Assembly: GCA_963829525.1 (NCBI GenBank)
Contig: CAWHIJ010000003.1
Location: 2,784,001 to 2,848,000 of the forward strand
Origin: an uncultured Actinomycetota bacterium
GTDB lineage: Bacteria > Actinomycetota > Actinomycetes > JAHEKZ01
Length of the DNA stretch: 64,000 nt
Direction: 5' to 3'
Under the pieces are notes generated by a model. The model did not search any database. It was not told the origin of the DNA and saw only the letters and a program-made list of their open reading frames with translations. The position numbers and the translations under genes were made by a program. The stretch's first letter is position 1; the number at the start of each line of letters is the position of its first letter. Positions 13,013-23,356 of the stretch are shown here, in pieces.

Positions 13013-15304
13013 ATGACCACGCGACCACCCGGACCACGCAGCCTTGCCGAGGACCTGCGGGGACGCGATGACCGGGCCCTTCAGTCGCTGGTCCAACGTC
13101 GACCCGACCTCGCCGTCCCCGCGCCAGGCGATCTCTCGCAACTGGCCGGACGCTCGGTCACAGCGGCTTCGACGTCGCGGGCGCTGGACCACCTGACCCG
13201 CTTCGGACTGCAGGTCCTGGAGGCTGCTGTCGTCTGTGCAGAACCCTTCTCAGCGGCAGAGCTTTTCGCGCTGCTACCCGACACCCCGCAGGTCGACGTG
13301 ACACGGCAGCTCGACGACCTCGTCCTGCTGGCCCTGGTGTGGGGCGAGCCGGACGGCTGGCGTCCCACCGTCGCCGCCCGGGAGACGGTGGGGCGCTTCC
13401 CCGCTGGCCTCGGGCCCCCGTTGGCGCTGCTCGGTGGCGGGGGCCTCGAGCCCCTGGTCGCAGCGATGGACGAGGCCCCCGCCGACGCACGTGAGGTCGT
13501 CGACGCCCTTACCTGGTCGAACCCCACGGGCCGCGTCAAGGATGCCGACCGCGTCGTGACGCCCGAGTCGGCCAAGACACCCGTCGAGTGGCTGCTGGCC
13601 AGGGGGGTCCTGCGACCGCTCGACAGAGGAACCGTCGTACTTCCGCGCGAGGTGGCCCTGCACCTGCGGTCCGGACGTCTGCACCTAGCAGTAGCCACAG
13701 AGGCGCCGGCGGCCGAGCTGCACCATCACGATCCTGTCGTCGTCGATCGTCTGGCGACCGGTACCGCCGACGAGCTCGTTCGCCGCGTGACCACCCTGCT
13801 GGAGCGCTGGGCGGTGGCTGCACCACGGGTGCTTCGATCCGGGGGGCTCGGGGTCCGAGACCTTCGCGCCGCTGCGGTCCTGCTCGATGTCGACGAGCAG
13901 CTCGCGGCCCTCGTCGTTGAGGTCACGTGGGCAGCTGGCCTGCTCGCAACAAGTGGTGAGGCTGACGACGAGTGGCTGCCGACCCCTGCCTACGACCTGT
14001 GGCGCACTCGCTCGGTCGCTGAGCGATGGGTCCAGGTGGTCGGGGCGTGGCTGAGCACATCACGTGTGGCCAGCTTGGTCGGCACCGTCGCCGCGGCTGA
14101 CACGCGCATCAACGCCTTGACTGCGGAGGCCGAACGTGTGGTGGCTCCCGACATTCGACGTTGGGTACTGCAGGACCTGGCCGAGTTCGATGCTGGAACG
14201 GCTGCCAGTGTCGAGTCGATGGTGCACCGTCATGAGTGGCGGCGCCCACGACGCGGTGGTCGCCTCCGCGACGACCTCGTCCGGTGGACGCTTCATGAGG
14301 CCAACGCTGTTGGAATCTGCGCTCGCGGAGCCCTGAGCGGTTTCGGCCGCCTGCTGCTCGATGGTGCGACGGCCGACGCCGAGTCGGCGTTGTCGGCGCT
14401 ACTCCCCGACCCCGTTGACCACGTTCTGTTGCAGGCCGATCTCACGGCGGTTGCGCCAGGACCACTCCGCGACGACCTGGCCCGGTCACTGTCGCTGCTC
14501 GCCGACGTCGAGTCCTCAGGTGGTGCAACGGTCTACCGGTTCAGCGAGGGTTCGGTGCGTCGGGCGCTGGACGCGGGGCGTTCAGCAAGCGAGTGTCAGG
14601 CATTCCTTGCAGGAGTCAGTCGCACTCCGGTTCCGCAGCCACTCAGCTACCTCATTGACGATGTCGCGCGACGCCACGGCCTCTTGCGCGTTGGCAGCGC
14701 CAACTCCTACCTCCGCTGCGACGACCCGGCTGTGCTCGATGAGCTGATGGCCGGCCGCTCCAGTGAGACGCTACGACTGCGCCGGCTGGCTCCGACCATC
14801 GTGGTGACCCCCACCACCCCAGATGTGCTTCTCGAGCGCCTCCGCGAGCTCGGGCTGGCGCCAGCCGCTGAGGGGGGCGACGGAAGCGTCGTCGTCTCCA
14901 GCCGGGAGGAGCGCCGCACGGGTCCGCGCGGCGTCCCTGCGGTGCTGACCAACGACCCACCAGCCCCGCCGGAGGCCGTGGCCGCGTCTCTCGTTCGGGC
15001 GCTCCGGGCTGCCGAGCGTGGGGCATCCCGCGGGCCTCGCACCTTGGGCCCCGGCCTCGGTGCCCATGTCCCTCGAACGGCGATGACCGAGACCATGGAC
15101 GTGCTGCGACAGGCGGTTGAGTCGGGGGCGTCGGTGTGGCTGGGCTACGTCGACAACGACGGCATCTCGGCAGAGCGAGTCGTCGACCCGGTCACTTTGT
15201 CCGGTGGACAACTGACTGCGTACGACCACCGATCCGACGGCGTGCGCCGGTTCGCGGTGCACCGGGTGACCGGAGTTGCACCGCTTGCCGAAGCGGGCCG
15301 ATAG
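13013..15304 (+). CDS. XPB/Ssl2 helicase-associated domain protein with C-terminal WYL-like domain (Rv0862c-like)
   Basis: RPDLAVP, LRSGGLGVRDL, LQADLTAVAPGP, GATVYRFSE.SVRRALDAG, VPQPLSYLI, YVD...RVVDP...FAVHRV. Confidence 0.88.
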   Translation: MTTRPPGPRSLAEDLRGRDDRALQSLVQRRPDLAVPAPGDLSQLAGRSVTAASTSRALDHLTRFGLQVLEAAVVCAEPFSAAELFALLPDTPQVDVTRQLDDLVLLALVWGEPDGWRPTVAARETVGRFPAGLGPPLALLGGGGLEPLVAAMDEAPADAREVVDALTWSNPTGRVKDADRVVTPESAKTPVEWLLARGVLRPLDRGTVVLPREVALHLRSGRLHLAVATEAPAAELHHHDPVVVDRLATGTADELVRRVTTLLERWAVAAPRVLRSGGLGVRDLRAAAVLLDVDEQLAALVVEVTWAAGLLATSGEADDEWLPTPAYDLWRTRSVAERWVQVVGAWLSTSRVASLVGTVAAADTRINALTAEAERVVAPDIRRWVLQDLAEFDAGTAASVESMVHRHEWRRPRRGGRLRDDLVRWTLHEANAVGICARGALSGFGRLLLDGATADAESALSALLPDPVDHVLLQADLTAVAPGPLRDDLARSLSLLADVESSGGATVYRFSEGSVRRALDAGRSASECQAFLAGVSRTPVPQPLSYLIDDVARRHGLLRVGSANSYLRCDDPAVLDELMAGRSSETLRLRRLAPTIVVTPTTPDVLLERLRELGLAPAAEGGDGSVVVSSREERRTGPRGVPAVLTNDPPAPPEAVAASLVRALRAAERGASRGPRTLGPGLGAHVPRTAMTETMDVLRQAVESGASVWLGYVDNDGISAERVVDPVTLSGGQLTAYDHRSDGVRRFAVHRVTGVAPLAEAGR

Positions 15305-15314
15305 CCTCATTCCC

Positions 15315-16418
15315 GTGACCGAAGAGACACAGGCCTCGTTCCTGCAGCGTGCTGTCTCCGGGGCTGTGGACGCCACTGTCGGTCGGGTCGAGGATCGGGT
15401 CGTCGCTTCGACGAAGGGCGTCATCGACGACCTTGAGCCGTACCTCGCCGAAGAGACGGTTCCACGGATCGTCGACGCTTTGATGCCGTACCTCATCGAG
15501 CGAGTGGTTCCCGAGGTCATCGCGGGGCTGACCGATCGGCTGGCTACCGAGACGGGGCCCGAGATCGTCGAGGGGATGACCCCCCAGCTGGCTGACGAGC
15601 TGGTTCCCGTCCTGCTCGAGCGGATGCGGCCCTACCTGGAGACCGAGCTCGTGCCTGCCGTCGTCGATGGCCTGACGCCGTACATCATCGACAAGGCCGG
15701 ACCGCAGATCGTTGCGGGACTACTCCCCTACATCCAGGCGGAGGTCGTGCCGCAGATCCTTGACGAGTTCGTCGACGACCCCCGGGTGCGCGACCTGATC
15801 CGCGAGCAGAGCCTCGGGTTGCTGTGGGACGCAGTTGAGGCATTGCGCTCCGGGCTAGCCAGAGCAGACGACCTCGTTGAACGCGTGGTTCGCCGGCTCT
15901 TCTTCCGCAGTCCAGTGCCGGATGGGGTGCCCAGCGACAACATTCCGCCCAAGCGCCACCGCTCTCACGCCGGGATCATCTCGCGCTCAGCCGGTGCCGG
16001 ACTCGATCTGCTGATCATTTCGCTCGTTGCCGCGCAAGGCTTGGCTACCGCCCTCTCGCTCATTGGATCAGTCGTCGACCCAATTCCGAAGTGGCTCATT
16101 GCCATCCTCAGTTTCCTTTTCGCGTGCCTCGGGCCGCTCTACCTCGTCGTGGCCTGGCGAGCCATCGGGCGCACCATCGGTGGCGCCGTCGCCGGCTACG
16201 CCGTCATCGCCCCGGACGGTGAGCAGCTGGGAGTCTTCCGGGCGCTGGTACGCGCGTGCTTGAGCTTCTTCCTCATGCCGGTCTGGGCGTTTGGCATGTT
16301 GGGGACGGTGTTCAACCCGCTGCGGCGATCCTGGGGCGACCAGTTATTGGGGTCGCAAACGCCCTATCTCGTGCATACCGAGAACAGGACTTCCCGCATG
16401 CCTTCCCAGTGGGTCTGA
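15315..16418 (+). CDS. RDD-family membrane protein with N-terminal 16-aa repeat domain
   Basis: C-terminal AGIISR..A..D, GRTIG, RALVR, RRSWGD RDD-like motifs. Confidence 0.75.
   Translation: MTEETQASFLQRAVSGAVDATVGRVEDRVVASTKGVIDDLEPYLAEETVPRIVDALMPYLIERVVPEVIAGLTDRLATETGPEIVEGMTPQLADELVPVLLERMRPYLETELVPAVVDGLTPYIIDKAGPQIVAGLLPYIQAEVVPQILDEFVDDPRVRDLIREQSLGLLWDAVEALRSGLARADDLVERVVRRLFFRSPVPDGVPSDNIPPKRHRSHAGIISRSAGAGLDLLIISLVAAQGLATALSLIGSVVDPIPKWLIAILSFLFACLGPLYLVVAWRAIGRTIGGAVAGYAVIAPDGEQLGVFRALVRACLSFFLMPVWAFGMLGTVFNPLRRSWGDQLLGSQTPYLVHTENRTSRMPSQWV
15432..15767 (+). repeat. Seven in-frame 16-aa (48-bp) degenerate tandem repeats
   Basis: LEPYLAEETVPRIVDA / LMPYLIERVVPEVIAG / LTDRLATETGPEIVEG / MTPQLADELVPVLLER / MRPYLETELVPAVVDG / LTPYIIDKAGPQIVAG / LLPYIQAEVVPQILDE. 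Confidence 0.85.
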
Positions 16419-16421
16419 GTC

Positions 16422-17708
16422 CTACACCAGGTAACGCAGCCACAGATAGGGAACGCAGAGCGCGACACTCACCACCACGATGAGTAGCCCGTAGCGGGTG
16501 AACTGCCAGAACGAGATCGGATGACCGTAGCGCTTGGCGATACCGATCACGACGACGTTGGCGCTGGCCCCGATGGCCGTTGCATTTCCACCGAAATCGG
16601 CGCCAAGTGCCAGCGACCACCACAGCACGTTTCCGGGGTTCAGCGCCGGGTCGTTGGTGGCGAGCTGGTCGACGACCGGCGACATCGTTGCCACATAGGG
16701 AATGTTGTCGACGATGGCCGACAGCGCAGCGGACCCGAAGAGGATGCCAAAGGTGGCGGCGACCGGGTCGCCGCCAACGGCGTCGGTCAGTGCCGTGGCG
16801 ATCGCATCGATCGCGCCGACCTCAACCAGCGCCCCGACGAGAACGAAAAGCCCCATGAAGAAGACGAGTGTCTCCCACTCCACCTGCTTCATGTACTCAT
16901 CGGTTGGACCAGGGACGGCAAGCATCATCGCCCCGCCGCCGAGCAGGGCGACGATCGACGGCTCGATCCCCAACGTCCGCTGCAGGACGAAGCCGATGAG
17001 CACCAGCGCAAGAACCGCCAGACCGCGGACCAACGCCTGTGGGTCCTCGATGGCTTCACGCTCGTCGAGCCGCATGACTGACTGGGCTGCCTCGGGGTCA
17101 TAGGTGAACGCGTCCCGGAACACGAACCGGGACAGCAGAAGGAACGCGACCATGACGATCACGACGATGGGCCCGAGGTTGACCACGAAGTCCATGAACG
17201 ACAGGTCGGCGCGGCTCCCGATGATGATGTTGGGCGGATCACCGACCAGCGTCGATGTGCCACCGATGTTGGAGGCGAGCACCTCAGCGATGAGGAAGGG
17301 GATCGGGTTGAGCTTCAGCCGGCTGCAGACAAGCAGCGTTACCGGAGCGACCAGCAGCACCGTCGTGACGTTGTCGAGGAGCGCGGAGGCAACCGCCGTC
17401 AGAGTGCAGAGCAGTACGAGGAGCGGATACGGGTGTCCCCGTGTGCGTTTGGCGCTCCAGATCGCGAGGAACTCAAAGAGTCCGGTCCGCCGCAGCCCGG
17501 CGACCACAAGCATCATTCCCAGCAGCAAGAAGATGACGTTCCAGTCGATGCCGGTCTCCCGCGAGTAGAACGCCTCCTGCGCGCCCACGATCCCGAGCAC
17601 GAAGACGGCAGCAACACCACCCAGCGCTGCAACTACGCGGGGAACACGCTCGGTGGCGATCAGCGCGTAGACGACGACAAAGACCGCGACTGCGAGCGCT
17701 GCAGTCAT
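16422..17708 (-). CDS. ArsB/NhaD (IT superfamily) transporter
   Basis: SALLDNVTT, ASNIGG, VGDPPNIII, DNIPY, GADFGGN, GASANVV motifs. Confidence 0.9.
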   Translation of the reverse strand: MTAALAVAVFVVVYALIATERVPRVVAALGGVAAVFVLGIVGAQEAFYSRETGIDWNVIFLLLGMMLVVAGLRRTGLFEFLAIWSAKRTRGHPYPLLVLLCTLTAVASALLDNVTTVLLVAPVTLLVCSRLKLNPIPFLIAEVLASNIGGTSTLVGDPPNIIIGSRADLSFMDFVVNLGPIVVIVMVAFLLLSRFVFRDAFTYDPEAAQSVMRLDEREAIEDPQALVRGLAVLALVLIGFVLQRTLGIEPSIVALLGGGAMMLAVPGPTDEYMKQVEWETLVFFMGLFVLVGALVEVGAIDAIATALTDAVGGDPVAATFGILFGSAALSAIVDNIPYVATMSPVVDQLATNDPALNPGNVLWWSLALGADFGGNATAIGASANVVVIGIAKRYGHPISFWQFTRYGLLIVVVSVALCVPYLWLRYLV

Positions 17709-17715
17709 GTGTCTG

Positions 17716-18168
17716 TCATGCCTGCGTCATGGCAGCGCCGAGAACGTGGCGGGCCGAGACCGTCCCGATCGCCCTCCCGTCAGGGCCGGCAACCACTAGT
17801 AGCGGGACGTGCAGCCGGGCCATCAGGGCGGCCACCTCGAGCAGAGTGGCATCGTGGGCGACAGTGCCCAGAAGATCGGGCTCGGCATCGTCGAGAACGG
17901 CCTGGACGGTCAATCCCGCTAGTTCATCGACCAGCCGGTCCGCGGCTGCTTCATCGACGACTCTGGCCAGCGACGGGTCGTCCTTGATGTAGGTGGGCAC
18001 TGCCAGACCGAGAACTTGCGACGCGGGCAGGATGGCCAGAGGGCGCCCGTCATGGGAGACCACGGCCAGCCCCGGGAGCGCTTCTGCAACCAAACGACGC
18101 GCCGCATCCAGCACCGTGTCGGTGGTCAGCACCAGCCCGACGGGCTGGGCCAAATCAGCGGCGATCAC
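17716..18168 (-). CDS. CBS-domain protein
   Basis: Paired CBS pattern, VPTYIKDDPSLARV motif; directly upstream of the transporter. Confidence 0.8.
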   Translation of the reverse strand: MIAADLAQPVGLVLTTDTVLDAARRLVAEALPGLAVVSHDGRPLAILPASQVLGLAVPTYIKDDPSLARVVDEAAADRLVDELAGLTVQAVLDDAEPDLLGTVAHDATLLEVAALMARLHVPLLVVAGPDGRAIGTVSARHVLGAAMTQA

Positions 18169-18272
18169 GGCCGTAGCGTACTGCCGGAACAGCGGGCCCC
18201 GACGCGATGTTGGACACTGAGGCAGGACCCTTTGGTTCCGTACACCGTTCAAACACCATTCGAGGAGCACGC

Positions 18273-19940
18273 GTGACCGATGGTCCGCTGATCGTCCAGA
18301 GCGACAAGACCCTGCTCCTGGAGGTCGAACACCCGCTCTCGGACGACTGCCGTCATGCGATTGCGCCCTTTGCCGAGCTCGAGCGTGCACCCGAACACGT
18401 CCACACCTATCGCGTCACACCGCTGGGCCTCTGGAACGCGCGGGCTGCCGGCCATGACGCTGAGCAGGTGGTCGACACTCTGCTCAAGTACAGCCGCTAC
18501 GCAGTACCGCACGCACTGCTCGTCGACATCGCCGAGACGATGGCTCGCTACGGGCGGTTGCAGCTGATGGCGCACCCGACCCACGGACTGGTGCTGCACA
18601 CCAACGACCGACCGGTCCTAGAAGAGGTGCTGAAGTCCAAGAAGATCGCACCACTGGTTGGTGAGCGGATCGACCAGGACTCCGTCATCGTGCATCCGTC
18701 CGAGCGCGGGCATATCAAGCAGGTGCTGCTCAAGCTTGGCTGGCCCGCCGAAGACCTTGCCGGCTACGTCGACGGTGAAGCGCACGCGATCGCACTGGAC
18801 GAAGGCGACTGGCACCTGCGCGACTACCAGCGGCACGCCGCCGAGAACTTCTTCCACGGTGGCTCCGGGGTCGTCGTACTGCCGTGCGGAGCGGGCAAGA
18901 CGATCGTCGGGGCTGCCGCCATGGCGATGGCTCAGGCCACAACGTTGATTCTGGTGACAAACACCGTTGCCGCCCGCCAGTGGCGCGACGAGCTGCTGCA
19001 CCGCACCAGCCTTACCGAGGACGAGATCGGCGAGTACTCCGGCGCCAAGAAGGAGATCCGTCCGGTCACCATCGCCACCTACCAGGTGATGACCACCAAG
19101 AGAAAGGGCACGTATGCGCATCTCGAGCTCTTCGACGCTCGGGACTGGGGGCTGATCCTCTACGACGAGGTGCACCTACTGCCGGCGCCGATCTTCCGTT
19201 TCACCGCCGACATTCAAGCGCGTCGAAGGCTTGGCCTGACGGCCACATTGGTCCGTGAGGATGGACGCGAAGGTGATGTCTTCTCGTTGATCGGGCCGAA
19301 ACGCTTTGACGCTCCGTGGAAGGAGATCGAGGCGCAGGGTTACATCGCTCCAGCGGAGTGCATCGAGGTCAGGGTCACACTTCCCGAGCGCGAGCGGCTG
19401 GCCTACGCCACCGCCGAGCCAGAGGAGCGTTATCGGCTCTGCTCCACGTCGCAGGAAAAGTCGCGCATAGTCGAGCGGTTGGTCGAACAACATCGTGGTC
19501 AGCCGACACTCGTGATCGGCCAGTACATCGATCAGCTGGACGAGCTGGCCGGCCGGCTGGACGTTCCGGTCGTCAAGGGCGAGACAACCGTGAAAGAGCG
19601 CGAACGACTCTTCAACGCCTTCCGTTCGGGCGAGATCACCACACTGGTCGTCAGCAAGGTCGCGAATTTTTCCATCGACCTGCCAGAGGCCAGCGTCGCC
19701 ATTCAGGTGTCCGGCGCCTTCGGCTCACGGCAGGAGGAAGCCCAGCGCCTCGGCCGCATCCTCCGGCCCAAGGCCGACGGTCGCTCGGCGCGTTTCTACG
19801 CCGTGGTGGCGCGTGACACGGTCGACCAGGACTTCGCCCAGCACCGCCAACGTTTCCTCGCTGAGCAGGGGTACAGCTACACCATCACTGATGCCGACGA
19901 CCTGCCGGCCGCCGACCTCGGCTCTGCTGATGACCGCTGA
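18273..19940 (+). CDS. DNA repair helicase XPB (Rv0861c-like)
   Basis: PLIVQSDKT, LPCGAGKT, DEVH, LGLTAT, QEEAQRLGR motifs. Confidence 0.95.
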   Translation: MTDGPLIVQSDKTLLLEVEHPLSDDCRHAIAPFAELERAPEHVHTYRVTPLGLWNARAAGHDAEQVVDTLLKYSRYAVPHALLVDIAETMARYGRLQLMAHPTHGLVLHTNDRPVLEEVLKSKKIAPLVGERIDQDSVIVHPSERGHIKQVLLKLGWPAEDLAGYVDGEAHAIALDEGDWHLRDYQRHAAENFFHGGSGVVVLPCGAGKTIVGAAAMAMAQATTLILVTNTVAARQWRDELLHRTSLTEDEIGEYSGAKKEIRPVTIATYQVMTTKRKGTYAHLELFDARDWGLILYDEVHLLPAPIFRFTADIQARRRLGLTATLVREDGREGDVFSLIGPKRFDAPWKEIEAQGYIAPAECIEVRVTLPERERLAYATAEPEERYRLCSTSQEKSRIVERLVEQHRGQPTLVIGQYIDQLDELAGRLDVPVVKGETTVKERERLFNAFRSGEITTLVVSKVANFSIDLPEASVAIQVSGAFGSRQEEAQRLGRILRPKADGRSARFYAVVARDTVDQDFAQHRQRFLAEQGYSYTITDADDLPAADLGSADDR

Positions 19941-20268
19941 TCCCGAGACAGCGCTCGTCGATGCGAGGGCACGCGTCCTGCACGACCTGTCCGCGACCCT
20001 GCCGACGACGCCCCTCGTGATCGACGCCCTGGATGCCGCCATCAGCGAGCGACGCGACTGGGTCGAACCCTGGCCAGAGGGTGCCGCCTTCCTCGCCTGC
20101 CTGGTGGCACAAGACGTCCAGGAGGCGATCGCCCCGTCCGTTGGGCGCTGGCCTCGCTGCCGGACCAACGGCGACCACACCCTGCACGTCGAACCCGATC
20201 TCGGTGAGGACCCGTCCTGGGTCTGCGAGAGCTGTTCGGCGGTTGTTGCCGCAATCGGCGAACTCTGA
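19930..20268 (+). CDS. Hypothetical protein, possible Zn-binding C-terminus
   Basis: VAQDVQ, RWPRC..H, WVCESC; overlaps the XPB stop. Confidence 0.72.
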   Translation: MTADPETALVDARARVLHDLSATLPTTPLVIDALDAAISERRDWVEPWPEGAAFLACLVAQDVQEAIAPSVGRWPRCRTNGDHTLHVEPDLGEDPSWVCESCSAVVAAIGEL

Positions 20269-20315
20269 CGCTGGTTCGCGCCACTGCGCGAGCCGATTCA
20301 CGCCACACTGGGGCC

Positions 20316-20930
20316 ATGCGCGAGCCAACCGAACGCGAAGCACGCCTCCTCGATGCCGCCGTTGTGACCGGTGGCCTCGGCCCCAGGTACGCCCAGCCAC
20401 ACCGGGAGTACCACAACCTGATGCACATCGAAGACGTCCTGCTCCGGATCGAAGAGCTGGAACCTCCGCTTGAGCATGAGCTCTCGCTGGCGCTTGCCGC
20501 CTGGTTTCACGACGCGGTCTATCAACCGGGACAGGACGACAATGAGGACCGCAGCGCCTACGCGGCGTATGACGCCCTCGAGCAGGTGGGTGCTGACCCC
20601 GAGCTGATTTCCGAGGTCGTGCGACTCATCCGATTGACAGCGGAGCATGATCCTGAGGATGACGATCTCGCCGGCGCCGTGCTCTGCGATGCCGACCTCG
20701 CGATCCTCGCTGCTGTGCCAGACCGCTACGCCCAGTACGCCATGGCCATTCGGCAGGAGTATGTCCACGTGACCGAAGCAGACTTCCGCGCCGGGCGAGC
20801 CAAGGTGTTGCGCCGATTCCTCGACCGGCCAACCATCTACCACACGGCGCATGGCTGCGAGCATTGGGAAGCGGCAGCGCGCGCCAACATCGCCACGGAG
20901 ATCGCTTCTCTCGAGCGAAGCGATGAGTGA
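20316..20930 (+). CDS. HD-superfamily phosphohydrolase
   Basis: HREYHN..H, WFHDAVY, NE.RSA, LCDADL, IRQEY motifs. Confidence 0.88.
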   Translation: MREPTEREARLLDAAVVTGGLGPRYAQPHREYHNLMHIEDVLLRIEELEPPLEHELSLALAAWFHDAVYQPGQDDNEDRSAYAAYDALEQVGADPELISEVVRLIRLTAEHDPEDDDLAGAVLCDADLAILAAVPDRYAQYAMAIRQEYVHVTEADFRAGRAKVLRRFLDRPTIYHTAHGCEHWEAAARANIATEIASLERSDE

Positions 20931-21288
20931 CAGCGCCCCACACGTCGTTGACCTGCGCATGGTGTGCTTCGACGCTGCCGACCCGCCAGCCCTTGCCGGA
21001 TTCTGGGCGAGCCTCCTGGGCGGGGAGATGTCCGTCGACGGGGAGGGTGACGCGTGGGTCACGGTGGGTTCTGGGCCACGGCTGGACTTCCTTCGCGTGC
21101 CAGAGGTGAAGACGCTGAAGAATCGTCTCCACCTTGACATTGCGGTCACCAATGTAGAGCTGGCCACTTCCGAAGCTCTGGCGCTTGGGGCATCCTTGGC
21201 CGGCGACGTCCACCACGGCGGACCCTGGCAGGTGCTCCGTGACCCCGAGGGCAACGAGTTCTGCCTGCTCCCCCCTGACCTGTCCTGA
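20923..21288 (+). CDS. VOC/glyoxalase-like protein
   Basis: FDAADP..LA.FW, KNRLHLD, DPEGNEFC. Confidence 0.9.
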   Translation: MSDSAPHVVDLRMVCFDAADPPALAGFWASLLGGEMSVDGEGDAWVTVGSGPRLDFLRVPEVKTLKNRLHLDIAVTNVELATSEALALGASLAGDVHHGGPWQVLRDPEGNEFCLLPPDLS

Positions 21289-21300
21289 AAGGTAACCCGA

Positions 21301-22983
21301 ATGAAAAGCCTGATGCCGGAGTGGACACAGGGGTACTCCCGCACGTACGTCGCGAAAGACATGGTGGCCGGCGGCACTCTGGCCGCGGTCGCCATCCCTG
21401 AGGTTCTCGGGTACACCTCGATCTCGCAGACACCCCTGGCTACGGGTCTCTACACGATCATCTTCCCGACGATCGTGTTCGCACTGTTCTGCTCGTCTCG
21501 CCTTCTCGTGGTGGGGGCTGACTCGGCAACAGCGGCCCTGATGTCGGCCGGGCTCCTGACCCTGGGGTCGGTGAACCTGACGCCGTACTCCGACAAGTGG
21601 GTGGCTTACACGAGCATCGTGGCGATCACCTGCGCCGCCTTGCTGCTTCTCGCCCGCATCCTCAAGCTCGGCTTCCTGGGTGACTTCCTGTCAGCATCGG
21701 TGCTGATCGGCTTCCTCACCGGTGTCGGCATCTCGGTGCTCAGTGGTCAGATCCCCGACATGCTCGGGATCCCCAAGGGAACGGGCAACTGGTTCGAGCA
21801 GCAGTGGGCCTGGATCAGCTCGCTTGGCGACATCCAGTGGGAAACCGCCGCCTTCGCGGCGGCCACGATTCTGATCATCGTCGGTTTCAAGAAGTTTGCA
21901 CCGCGGGTCCCCGGAGCACTGATCGCCGTCATCGTCCTCACCGGGATCTCGGCAGCAACCGACGCCGCTTCGCAGGGAGTCGCCGTCGTCGGCACCGTAC
22001 CGGCCGGCTTCCCACCTGTTGGTCTCCCGAAGGGGTTCAGCCTCTCTGAGGCATTCTCAGTGCTGGCCATTGCGCTCTCCTGCCTGGTCCTGATCATTGC
22101 TCAGAGTGCGGCAACGGGCCGCAGTTTCGCCATGAAGCATGGCGACAAGGTCGATATCAACCGCGACATTGTGGGCCTGTCCGGAGCCAACCTGGCGGCA
22201 GGGCTGACCGGAACCTTCGTGGTCAACGGCTCACCGACCAAGACCGAGATTCTCGATGAGCAGCACGGCCGATCGCAGGTCGCGAACCTCACGATGGCTG
22301 CCATCGCGCTGCTCTTCACGATGTTCTTCACCACGTTGCTGGCCGACATGCCGAAGGCTGTTCTGGCCGGAATCGTGTTCCTGATCGGCGTAGGGCTCAT
22401 CGACATTCTCGGCATGCGCACCATCAAGATGATGCGGGTGAGCGAGTTCTGGATTGCCGTCGCAACGACCGTGGTGGTCTTCGCAGTTGGCGTCGAGCAG
22501 GGAATCATCGTCGCGATCGTTGTTTCCATCCTGGACATCATCCGGCGCCAATACCGACCCGCGTCCTTCGTGGTCAGTGAGACCCACGACGACGAACCGG
22601 TCTACACGAAGGCAGCGCCCGGAACCCAGAGCGAACCAGGCTTGGTGGTCTTCCGCTATGACTCTGAGCTCTTCTACGCCAACGCGAACCGGTTCGTCGA
22701 AGACGTCCAAGCGGTCATTGCCGGCGCACCAGATCAGGTGCGATGGGTCGTCCTTGACACGACTGCCATCACCGACCTGGACTACTCAGCCGGCATCGCC
22801 TTCAAGGGGCTGGCCAACTACCTCGAGGCCAACGGCATCGCACTTGGCGTCACCAGCGTCGATCCTGTGCTCCTCGAGACGATGAAGCACTACGGGCTCG
22901 GCGACCTCATTCCGGAATCGATGATGTTCGACACCATCGAGGAAGCCATCGCCGGCTTCCGGGCGGCTCCCCACCCTGCGTGA
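21301..22983 (+). CDS. SulP-family anion transporter with STAS domain
   Basis: DMVAG, SSRLLVVGADS, GFLTGVG, LFYANA STAS motif. Confidence 0.92.
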   Translation: MKSLMPEWTQGYSRTYVAKDMVAGGTLAAVAIPEVLGYTSISQTPLATGLYTIIFPTIVFALFCSSRLLVVGADSATAALMSAGLLTLGSVNLTPYSDKWVAYTSIVAITCAALLLLARILKLGFLGDFLSASVLIGFLTGVGISVLSGQIPDMLGIPKGTGNWFEQQWAWISSLGDIQWETAAFAAATILIIVGFKKFAPRVPGALIAVIVLTGISAATDAASQGVAVVGTVPAGFPPVGLPKGFSLSEAFSVLAIALSCLVLIIAQSAATGRSFAMKHGDKVDINRDIVGLSGANLAAGLTGTFVVNGSPTKTEILDEQHGRSQVANLTMAAIALLFTMFFTTLLADMPKAVLAGIVFLIGVGLIDILGMRTIKMMRVSEFWIAVATTVVVFAVGVEQGIIVAIVVSILDIIRRQYRPASFVVSETHDDEPVYTKAAPGTQSEPGLVVFRYDSELFYANANRFVEDVQAVIAGAPDQVRWVVLDTTAITDLDYSAGIAFKGLANYLEANGIALGVTSVDPVLLETMKHYGLGDLIPESMMFDTIEEAIAGFRAAPHPA

Positions 22984-23256
22984 TCACTGGCCCTTGGCGC
23001 TGCGGGGACGCCGGCGACGCAGCCCTGACGCGTTCAGCCTGGCCACCAGGTCGCGGGAGGTGACAGGTATCGCGCCCGCGGCGATGAGGTCGTCGCGACG
23101 CTCGACGGGGACGTCGTAGTGGTCGCCGTCAAAGCCACGTGCAGGAACGTCGAACGGGGCGACGAACGCGTGCAACTCATCGAATGACGTGTCGCTGGCC
23201 AGGTGGCACCAGAACCGACCGTGCGCCGGCACCTGAGCATCGTCGATAACAATCAC
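22984..23256 (-). CDS. DUF4031-family protein
   Basis: HGRFWCHLASD, ELHAF, FDGDHYD. Confidence 0.85.
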   Translation of the reverse strand: MIVIDDAQVPAHGRFWCHLASDTSFDELHAFVAPFDVPARGFDGDHYDVPVERRDDLIAAGAIPVTSRDLVARLNASGLRRRRPRSAKGQ

Positions 23257-23356
23257 GATGCGCTGACCACCAGCTGGGCAGGCAGGGAGACGACCACGTG
23301 CCCATCGAACCAGGTCGGGTCGATAATGGGGCCCCGAACCGAACGGAGCCAGCCTC

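Noticed and set aside
18248-18263. SOS-like sequence upstream of XPB (TTCAAACACCATTCGA)
   Set aside because: Left half-site is poor and the spacing is off by one.
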